Positions 56,626 through 64,000 of a stretch of DNA of 64,000 nt are shown in pieces. The notes under the pieces are model-generated. The model had not been told where the DNA came from, ran no database searches, and worked only from the letters and a program-made list of their open reading frames with translations. The stretch is from Candidatus Hydrothermarchaeum profundi (GTDB lineage: Archaea; Hydrothermarchaeota; Hydrothermarchaeia; Hydrothermarchaeales; Hydrothermarchaeaceae). The position numbers were made by a program, and so were the translations under genes. Within the stretch, counting starts at the first letter, position 1. Each line of letters opens with the position of its first letter. The stretch lies in assembly GCA_002011125.2 (NCBI GenBank), contig MTMF02000009.1:1512989-1576988 (forward strand), given 5' to 3'.

Positions 56626-58317
56626 ATGTTAATTCTTGGTGTTAATGACGGCCACGATGCAGGTGCGGCACTAGTTGAAGACGGAAGAGTCATAGCAGCC
56701 ATTCAAGAAGAAAGACTCTTAAACATAAAGAACTACTCTGGTGCTCCGAAACTGTCTATCCAGAGGGTCTTCAAAATATCAGGCAAAAACCCGAGCGAAC
56801 TAGATGCCATAGCAATAGTAAGTCTAAATAGAGCATACGCTCCTTTAAAAGAACAGCCTCTCTCCATAACCTTATTTGAAAAACTCTCACCCATCCTCCA
56901 TAGCCACACTTTTTCCAAACTCTATGTGAAGGTCCTTCACAAATTTAGACGACTAAAACACCTGCAAAAGATTTTCAAGGAGCTTAAAATCGATGATAAA
57001 GAGGTAACCTTTGTTGAACATCATTTAGCACATGCCTCATGCGCATTCTATCAAAGGCCCTGGAACGACGAAACACTAATATTCACATTGGATGGTGCTG
57101 GAGATGGGTTAAGTGCAACCATAAGCATAGGCAGAGACTTCAATATCGAGAGAATAGCGTCCTCAACTTATTATGATAGCCCAGGAAACATCCTTTACAG
57201 CGAGATTACAGCTTATTTGGGAATGAAAAGGTGGGAGCATGAATATAAAGTGATGGGGCTAGCACCATATGGTAGACCTGAATACTGCATCGATAAAATC
57301 AAAAGAATAATCAAAATAAATCCTAAGAAGCCCCTTGAGTTCCAAAACATAAGCGGAGCATGCAATACTCAAATCCAAAAGAAGCTTAAAAAATGGCTTG
57401 CCGGAGAACGATTTGACAACATAGCGGCTGCAACACAGTATTATTTTGAGGAACTTGTCTCCACTTGGGTGAAAAATGCAATAAAGAACACAGGCATTTC
57501 TAAGATAGTCTGTGCAGGGGGCTCATTTTTAAATGTCAAGGCTAATAAAATCATAAGAGAAATGGAAACAGTAGATGAGGCTTTCTTTTATCCAGCTGCA
57601 GATGATGGAGGAACCCCTGTAGGAGCAGCTCTATTCACGTACTATTCTCTCTGTAAAAGAGACGGAATTAAGCCTAAACGTTTAGAGATTAGAGACCTCT
57701 ATTATGGAGAGGAATTTAATAATGAGTATATTGAGAGAACGCTCAAAGAAAAAGGGATACACGCAGAGTATGTAGATGACATTGAGGGGGAGATAGGGGA
57801 ATTACTAGCTAAAGGAAAGATTATTGCCCGGTTTGCTGGTAGAGGAGAATGGGGTCCCAGGGCTCTGGGAAATAGAAGTATTCTTGCAGATCCCAGAGAC
57901 ATTAGGATAGTGAAACGGCTTAATAGCGCTATAAAGATGAGGGACTTCTGGATGCCTTTTGCGCCATCTATCTTGGAAGAACGGATGAACGATTACTTAG
58001 TAGATGCAAAGCCTGCGAGATATATGATAGAAGCCTTCGATACTAAGGAAAAAGCTCAGAAAGAGATGCCAGCATGTCTTCATCCACATGATGATACAGC
58101 AAGGCCTCAGACAGTTAATGATTGGAACCCCCGGTTCAAAAGGATAATAGAGGAGTTTGAAACAATAACTGGAGTGGGGGGAATCCTTAACACTTCGTTT
58201 AATATCCATGGCAAACCAATCGCAGGCACTCCTGAGTTGGCATTTCATACATTTGAAAACTCTAAGTTAGATGGAGTCGTATTAGGTAACTATTTAATAA
58301 TGAGAGATAAAGTATAA
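56626..58317 (+). CDS. Carbamoyltransferase (NodU/CmcH/TobZ family)
   Basis: GHDAGAAL, EERL, EHHLAHA, DGAGD, EYKVMGLAPYG, GPRALGNRSIL, NTSFNIHG. Confidence 0.93.
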   Translation: MLILGVNDGHDAGAALVEDGRVIAAIQEERLLNIKNYSGAPKLSIQRVFKISGKNPSELDAIAIVSLNRAYAPLKEQPLSITLFEKLSPILHSHTFSKLYVKVLHKFRRLKHLQKIFKELKIDDKEVTFVEHHLAHASCAFYQRPWNDETLIFTLDGAGDGLSATISIGRDFNIERIASSTYYDSPGNILYSEITAYLGMKRWEHEYKVMGLAPYGRPEYCIDKIKRIIKINPKKPLEFQNISGACNTQIQKKLKKWLAGERFDNIAAATQYYFEELVSTWVKNAIKNTGISKIVCAGGSFLNVKANKIIREMETVDEAFFYPAADDGGTPVGAALFTYYSLCKRDGIKPKRLEIRDLYYGEEFNNEYIERTLKEKGIHAEYVDDIEGEIGELLAKGKIIARFAGRGEWGPRALGNRSILADPRDIRIVKRLNSAIKMRDFWMPFAPSILEERMNDYLVDAKPARYMIEAFDTKEKAQKEMPACLHPHDDTARPQTVNDWNPRFKRIIEEFETITGVGGILNTSFNIHGKPIAGTPELAFHTFENSKLDGVVLGNYLIMRDKV

Positions 58318-58322
58318 AATAA

Positions 58323-59330
58323 ATGGAAGAATACCCTGCAGTATCCATCGTAGTAGCCGCTTATAATGCTCAGGAGACTATTGGGGACTGCATACAATCT
58401 CTTTTAAGTGTAGATTATCCCAATAAAGAAATAATAATAGTAAATGATGGGAGCAAAGACGATACTGAAAAGATAGCTAGAAGATACCCCGTGAAACTGA
58501 TATCGCAACCCAATATGGGAGCCAGCTCTGCTAGGAATACGGGTCTAAGAGAAGCAAAGTATGGTATAGTAGCTTACACGGATAGCGATTGTAAAGTCGC
58601 AAAAGATTGGCTGAAAAAGCTGGTTAAACACTTTTCAGACCCGAAAGTTGGAGCAGTAACTGGGAAAACAATTTTTGAAACTAATGAGACCTGCACCAGC
58701 TATGTGAGAAGTCTAGACATAGAAGAAAGAAACCAGAAGAGAGGGAGATATACGAGACTAGCAAATGGCCCAAACTCTGCCTTCAGAAGAGAGGTACTCA
58801 GGATGGTAGGCGGGTTTAATCCAAAATGGTTCCATGCAGAAGATACTGAAGTCAGCTATGAAATATGGAAGGCAGACTACAGGATCGAATACGAGCCAGA
58901 AGCAATAGTTTTTCATTCTCCAGAAAGTAACTGGAAGAACTTTTTGAGAAAAAGGTTTCGAGATGCTAAAGCATTCACAAGGATGCTGTATTTTTATCCA
59001 ATGCAAGCATCGGTTAAAGATGACTTTGTGACTACTTCCATGAAACTCCAGCCCCCTCTCTTCCTCGCCATTACTATACTCGCAGTAATAGCATTAATCG
59101 GTTCTTTCATATCCCTGCCTACAAAGCTTATATATCTATGGGCTTTACTACTAGTTGTCGGTTTAGCTATAAACATGCCCTTTTCGATTAAAGTATGGAA
59201 AAAAAGCTCTAAGGCGTCATTCCTGCCTAAAGCGCTACTTCTAACAACTGCGAGAGGATTCTGCTGGGCCGCAGGACTCATAGTGGGAGCACTAGAGCAA
59301 CAGCCATATATTCTAGACAGGGAGATTTAA
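58323..59330 (+). CDS. GT2 family glycosyltransferase
   Basis: AAYN, VNDGSKD, ARNTG, TDSD, AEDTE; C-terminal TMs. Confidence 0.9.
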   Translation: MEEYPAVSIVVAAYNAQETIGDCIQSLLSVDYPNKEIIIVNDGSKDDTEKIARRYPVKLISQPNMGASSARNTGLREAKYGIVAYTDSDCKVAKDWLKKLVKHFSDPKVGAVTGKTIFETNETCTSYVRSLDIEERNQKRGRYTRLANGPNSAFRREVLRMVGGFNPKWFHAEDTEVSYEIWKADYRIEYEPEAIVFHSPESNWKNFLRKRFRDAKAFTRMLYFYPMQASVKDDFVTTSMKLQPPLFLAITILAVIALIGSFISLPTKLIYLWALLLVVGLAINMPFSIKVWKKSSKASFLPKALLLTTARGFCWAAGLIVGALEQQPYILDREI

Positions 59331-60247
59331 ATATTGTAATGAGGCGGCTCAGGATGCACTTTCTCAATAAACCTTTGATCAAATATATCTTCCTTCTTCA
59401 GAGAGCGCTTTATATACCCGAGATCTTTTAACACAGGAACAAATCTAAGAGTAGACCCTATAAATTCCTTGGAGAAACTCGCACAGTATTTCGGTGAGAT
59501 CCTACATACTTTTAAGACAAATTCATCGTCTACTACATCTAAAACCCTAGAAATAATCCTGCTAGCTTCCCTCGGACGCTCTCTCATTAGATTTGTTGCC
59601 TCTTCATGAATTTTAAGAAACCCCTCAATTATCTCAGGATTATCTTCTATTAATTTCTGAGAGGCAAGTATGCCGTAGCTAGGGTTATTAGGCCAGAGCA
59701 AAGAGGGAGGGATAGCCAGCTTAGCTATGTGTTCAGCAACAACGACAAGAGCAGGAGTCCCAACAGCTGCTTCAATCTCGCTTCTCTCCATAGCTTCTGG
59801 TATAAAATCAGCCCATTTGAAATTCTTGACTTCAATATCCAATCCATGTTTTTTCAATAAGTTCCTTATAATTACATCATGAATCGATTCTTTTGGCGGA
59901 CAACCTATAACACCATTTTCAAATTGCCTTAAAAATACTTCCTCATCACCCCCCATATCTTCTAAAGAATAATATTCCTTCCTGGCAATAAATACGGTTC
60001 CTTCAATATGCCCGCCAGCAATGCATTTTATTTGCACACCATTACTTATCCCAATCATAGAAGGTGGGAGTCCAATATAACCTAGATCAAGTTCACCTTT
60101 ATCAAGAGCCTGAACAATAGCTGGACCCCCGCCAAACAGCTCCCATTCTGGCTGCAGATCTAATTTCTTTTCCAGCCACCTAGCACCCATGATAAGTAAC
60201 GAAGTATGATATGCGGTTGAGAGATGCCCGATCCTTAGTACCCTCAT
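59327..60247 (-). CDS. SsuA/THI5-like substrate-binding-fold protein lacking a signal peptide
   Basis: LRIGHL at residue 4, GPAIVQAL..GELDLGYIGLPP, SIHD; no TM or lipobox. Confidence 0.75.
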   Translation of the reverse strand: MRVLRIGHLSTAYHTSLLIMGARWLEKKLDLQPEWELFGGGPAIVQALDKGELDLGYIGLPPSMIGISNGVQIKCIAGGHIEGTVFIARKEYYSLEDMGGDEEVFLRQFENGVIGCPPKESIHDVIIRNLLKKHGLDIEVKNFKWADFIPEAMERSEIEAAVGTPALVVVAEHIAKLAIPPSLLWPNNPSYGILASQKLIEDNPEIIEGFLKIHEEATNLMRERPREASRIISRVLDVVDDEFVLKVCRISPKYCASFSKEFIGSTLRFVPVLKDLGYIKRSLKKEDIFDQRFIEKVHPEPPHYNI

Positions 60248-61353
60248 CCTAGAACCCTCATAACTCTTTTTTTGATCTCTAATGGCGAGAGAGGTATATT
60301 AGGAACAGTAGCATTCCCTGGTAGAGCTACTACGTGAATAAAGTTAGGGCCATCACCCAGGTTATTAAAGACTTCTTTTAACTCCTTCTCATCTCCAGCT
60401 TTAAAGATTTTCTTAATCCCCATTGAAGAAGCGAGACATGCTAGATCTACGCATTCTGAGGTACCGGTCGGCTGATTTCCTGTAGAACCATATACCCCAT
60501 TATCAATCGCTATTATGGTAAGATTTCTTGGCTTCATAGCGGAGACAGTGGAAAGAGTTCCTGGATTCATTAATAAGCTTCCATCCCCCTCTATAACGAA
60601 TACCTCCTTCTCCGTGTTTAAAGATATACCCAAGCCTATTGGAGACGCCATCCCCATACTGCCTAACATATAAAAGTTCGAATCTTGATCCAAAATATTG
60701 TAAACCTCCTTGCTTGGAACCCCTAGATTAGAAACTACCACCTTGCCTCTCAAGTAAGGAGCTATATGTTGGATTATCTCATATCTTCTAAACTTTGGTT
60801 TTACATTCATAGACTTACATTTAGCTTTGGGAATTTTTCTTCTAACTGACCCAGTATACCTCACCATACTACCTTCCCAAGTCTTAGGACTGAGAAGAAT
60901 CCCATGGATAACGCTATTATCATAAGCATTATCCAGGACATCTCCTATAAGGGGGATATCCTCTTTTCCCTCTATGGTTGTATACGGTATGTCTAAGGCA
61001 TCGAATAATCGCGGTAAATACTTCCCCATGCATTTCTGAGCTTCTATCGGCTCTTTGTATACGCCCCGCCAGCTTATTAGCAGAGGTAAGGGCATCTCAT
61101 AGAATTTCGTTAGTGAGCAAAGAGCATTAATAGTATTGCCAACACCAGAACTCTGTATCAACATCGCGGGACGTGCTCCAGCAAGGTAGGCTCCAGCGCA
61201 TATGCCTACCCCCTCTTCCTCTCTTGTAAGCGGAACATATCTTAGTCTTTTATAAACAAGCCCAAAGAGTCCTTTCATCTTATCACAGGGCAATGTACAT
61301 ACAAAGTTTGCTTTTTCTTCGAGTATTTTAATTATTGCTTCCTCTGGATTCAA
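60244..61353 (-). CDS. comDE: Fused sulfopyruvate decarboxylase (alpha plus beta)
   Basis: Alpha part TLPCD, TREEEGVGICAG, QSSGVGN; beta part NFYMLGSMG and ThDP motif EGDGSLLM...DNG. Confidence 0.9.
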   Translation of the reverse strand: MNPEEAIIKILEEKANFVCTLPCDKMKGLFGLVYKRLRYVPLTREEEGVGICAGAYLAGARPAMLIQSSGVGNTINALCSLTKFYEMPLPLLISWRGVYKEPIEAQKCMGKYLPRLFDALDIPYTTIEGKEDIPLIGDVLDNAYDNSVIHGILLSPKTWEGSMVRYTGSVRRKIPKAKCKSMNVKPKFRRYEIIQHIAPYLRGKVVVSNLGVPSKEVYNILDQDSNFYMLGSMGMASPIGLGISLNTEKEVFVIEGDGSLLMNPGTLSTVSAMKPRNLTIIAIDNGVYGSTGNQPTGTSECVDLACLASSMGIKKIFKAGDEKELKEVFNNLGDGPNFIHVVALPGNATVPNIPLSPLEIKKRVMRVLG

Positions 61354-62606
61354 AATACCGCCTCCCTCAATTCCTCCGCCGTTGCATCTTTGCTAACAAT
61401 CACGTCAGGAGCAAAACTCTTTATGCCTATCTCTTCCTCGAGCTTTTTCTTTCCACCTCCTGTAATATTCAGAAGAATAAGTTCTCTATCCCCTACTTTA
61501 CCTTTTTCAACGGCTTGCATAAGTGATGCAACAGCGATTCCTGCGGCCGGGTGGATATCAATACCCTCTAACGACTTGAAAATTTTAGAGGCTTTAATGC
61601 CTTCACTATTAGTAACAGCATACATCTCGCCATTAGTATTCTTTAGTGCGTCATAGACTCCACCCCGAATACTATAAAGCGGGTACTTGGTGGATAGAAC
61701 TCTTGCAAATATAACATCAAGGATGTCCTCTCTCAAAGGATAATCTTCTCCAGGTATTATCTCTCTCCTTTTCTCGCTCCATGCTTTAACCATAGGTATA
61801 AATGGATAATTCTGGGAAAGATGGAGCTTAGGTAATTTTTTCCCAAAACGCCCATCTTCCAGTAACCGTAGAGAAGCCTCCCATACAGCTATTCCTCCCG
61901 TACCACTTCCGGCAGCTTGAAAATAATGATTAGGAAGTTTACCAGTTTTTCTCACCGCACTTAATAGCACAGTGCCTAAAGCATCTCGTCTAGCAATACT
62001 ATTCCCTCCTCCCTCATATGCTACTTCCTTTGAAGAAAGTTTTTTTGCAAGAGCAATGGCATCTGAATAATCCCCGTCTCCAACAGTGACAAGCTTGACA
62101 TATTCTCTATCTATACTTGGAGCCCAACAATCACATAGACATTTCTCTGGTACTAATATAACCACCGGAAACTTTTTCCTTGAGGCAATATATGCAAAAG
62201 CATTAGCAGTGTTACCCGCAGAGGCAATGATCAGTTTCTTAAAGGGGCTTCCCTGAGCATATTGGAACGTTACAACCGCCTCAAGTTCTTTAAATGTGCA
62301 TGTTTTGATTAAAGCGCCTATTTCAGGCCAGTATCCATTAAAGGCGATATAAAGATTTTTTAAGCCTAAATAGTCAGCGAGATGCTCGCTTTTATATACA
62401 ATTGGTCTACCTTCATAGCTATCAATTTTTTCGACCGGTAGCCAATCGTAAAACTCCCATATGCCTGGGAGAATTCTGAAGTTTAGATACCTGAGGTAGT
62501 ATGAGCTTCTAATTAAGGAATAATGCTTATCACAGCTAAATTTAAACTTTTCATGAATATCTAGTATCGTATTATCTTTAGCGCATCTAAGCACGTATTT
62601 GCCCAT
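61350..62606 (-). CDS. Cysteate synthase (threonine-synthase-like PLP enzyme)
   Basis: NGYWPE, TCTFKELEA, ASAGNT, YFQAAGSGTGGIA, LNITGGG; adjacent to comDE. Confidence 0.88.
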   Translation of the reverse strand: MGKYVLRCAKDNTILDIHEKFKFSCDKHYSLIRSSYYLRYLNFRILPGIWEFYDWLPVEKIDSYEGRPIVYKSEHLADYLGLKNLYIAFNGYWPEIGALIKTCTFKELEAVVTFQYAQGSPFKKLIIASAGNTANAFAYIASRKKFPVVILVPEKCLCDCWAPSIDREYVKLVTVGDGDYSDAIALAKKLSSKEVAYEGGGNSIARRDALGTVLLSAVRKTGKLPNHYFQAAGSGTGGIAVWEASLRLLEDGRFGKKLPKLHLSQNYPFIPMVKAWSEKRREIIPGEDYPLREDILDVIFARVLSTKYPLYSIRGGVYDALKNTNGEMYAVTNSEGIKASKIFKSLEGIDIHPAAGIAVASLMQAVEKGKVGDRELILLNITGGGKKKLEEEIGIKSFAPDVIVSKDATAEELREAVF

Positions 62607-62737
62607 GGTCCTAAGCCTTAATAATTTAACATTCTTTAATAGTTTTCTACCAGGATATGATGCGTTATAGCTATTCTATAACATTGTTATGTTTATATTG
62701 AAACAATTACACAACAAATGAAGAATTAACCCGCTAT

Positions 62738-63148
62738 TCACTTCTCGCTAAGATTTTTTACATAAGAAGTAATAGTATCTATTTCTTCCTCCGATAACCT
62801 TCCACTAAATGACGGCATAAGTGAAGCATATTCATCATACCTCTTTTCTTCATAGCCTCTCCCCTCTTGTATAACTTTTTTAATTTCCTCTAAAGTAGCT
62901 TCTTGAATCCAAGTATTTCCCTGAATAGCCGGAGCAATACCCGTACCACCTGCGCCCTCGCTTCCATGACATCCTTCACATACCGCAAATAGCTCCATAG
63001 CCTCTGTTGCAATAGGTGTTTCTACTTGAGTAGCCTCAGTTTGCTTTTGATATTTTTCACTTTCTACGGGAGTAGAAGATTCTTCACTCTGTTGCAAACA
63101 CGCTGAGAACACTCCAATTACAACCAAAATAATAATGATTCTTTTCAT
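62738..63148 (-). CDS. Monoheme c-type cytochrome lipoprotein
   Basis: Lipobox-like VFSAC, CEGCH heme motif, distal MPSF. Confidence 0.88.
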   Translation of the reverse strand: MKRIIIILVVIGVFSACLQQSEESSTPVESEKYQKQTEATQVETPIATEAMELFAVCEGCHGSEGAGGTGIAPAIQGNTWIQEATLEEIKKVIQEGRGYEEKRYDEYASLMPSFSGRLSEEEIDTITSYVKNLSEK

Positions 63149-63198
63149 TTTTATAACACAGTATCTAAGTTAAAATTTTATTCATCGTTTAAATTATT

Positions 63199-63453
63199 TT
63201 ACCTTATCTCAATCTTCTCTTGTTTCCTAAGATATCTCAACACAACCTCGGGCTGGTACCTACACTCCTTACAGTTCTCACCAAAATCATTTATTCCATT
63301 ACATTTTTCCCCGCCCATAGCATTCAAAATCACAGAACCGTCTTCCTCTTCTACTTGCTCTAATTTAAAAAAATAGTATGATCTCATAGCTACGAGATCC
63401 TCTTTTGTAACTCCATCCAGCTTTACTCTACATAATACCATACCATTTCTCAC
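63199..63453 (-). CDS. Small Cys-containing hypothetical protein
   Basis: 84 aa ORF directly after the CCG protein; C-x8-CxxC near the C terminus. Confidence 0.55.
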   Translation of the reverse strand: MRNGMVLCRVKLDGVTKEDLVAMRSYYFFKLEQVEEEDGSVILNAMGGEKCNGINDFGENCKECRYQPEVVLRYLRKQEKIEIR

Positions 63454-63454
63454 C

Positions 63455-64000
63455 CTAAAGCAGTTTCATAGCGTATTGCAATACATCATTAAATCTTATT
63501 CCCGCCTCATATTTTTTCCATTCCTCGCCATAAGGAGGAGCAATTCTTCTATGAACATAAACTGCATAACAAGCAGGACAGCACATAAGTAAGGTCTTAG
63601 CACCCGCATTCTTAGCGTCTTGTATAAGCAATTTCCCCATCTCCATGGCTAATTCAGGTTTATATAACCGTATTCCTCCTCCGGCACCGCAACACCTCGT
63701 AGTTTCTCCATGTCTTTCCATTTCAACGAACTCTACTCCGGGTAGGCTCTTTATAAACTTTCTAACAGTTTCAATAACAGCAGGTCCCTTTAGTCCCCTT
63801 GATAATTGACAGGGGTCATGAAAGGTTACCACGTCATCAATAGATTTACTGAACTCTAGCTCTCCGTTATCCACTTTCTCCCATGCAAACTGAATTACAT
63901 GCTCTACTTTAAAAGGCAGCTTACCACCATATACTTTAGGCCAAACAGCTCTCAACTGCTGAAGACAACATGGGCATGAGACAATTAACTTACTTATACC
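63455..64000 (-). CDS. CCG-domain Fe-S oxidoreductase (HdrD/GlpC-like), 5'-truncated
   Basis: Frame open to the window edge (GISKLIVSCPCCLQQL...), TFHDPCQL, RCCGAGGG, CCPAC. Confidence 0.87.
   Translation of the reverse strand, partial: GISKLIVSCPCCLQQLRAVWPKVYGGKLPFKVEHVIQFAWEKVDNGELEFSKSIDDVVTFHDPCQLSRGLKGPAVIETVRKFIKSLPGVEFVEMERHGETTRCCGAGGGIRLYKPELAMEMGKLLIQDAKNAGAKTLLMCCPACYAVYVHRRIAPPYGEEWKKYEAGIRFNDVLQYAMKLL

Noticed and set aside
929-61656. Many 60-190 aa antisense or nested ORFs in the track
   Set aside because: They lie opposite or within well-supported genes and show no motifs of their own

Overview
AT-rich archaeal chromosomal window. Archaeal origin is supported by EF-1beta with its Zn-finger neighbour, a DGGGP synthase, TATA-type promoters and class III signal peptides. 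The mix of cysteate synthase/ComDE, a c-type cytochrome, a CWB2 surface protein and many histidine kinases suggests an anaerobic euryarchaeote such as Hydrothermarchaeota; this is an inference only. Housekeeping genes: purD, argF, argC, thiC, aroA, htpX, an AK6-type kinase, RNase HIII and two tRNA-Gln. The most striking locus is at about 7.8-14.8 kb. An operon carries two divergent tubulin-superfamily GTPases flanking a membrane-anchored coiled-coil protein. The second GTPase has eukaryotic-tubulin-like motifs (GAGNNW, NAD...DNT). The operon shares a 52-bp divergent promoter region with two paralogous secreted, membrane-anchored helical proteins that end in the same cytoplasmic tail motif, so this may be an uncharacterised trans-envelope cytoskeletal system. 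Other notable parts: three type IV pilin-like genes with inserted adhesin domains; a 34-52 kb signalling region (kinases, stand-alone receivers, two MinD, two KaiC-like ATPases, two half-ferritins); a beta-propeller gene with a perfect 120-bp tandem repeat; a carbamoyltransferase/GT2 glycan cluster; and a coenzyme M-type operon with a signal-less SBP-fold protein. I read three small genes missing from the ORF track by hand. No CRISPR array, rRNA, transposase or integrase was seen.
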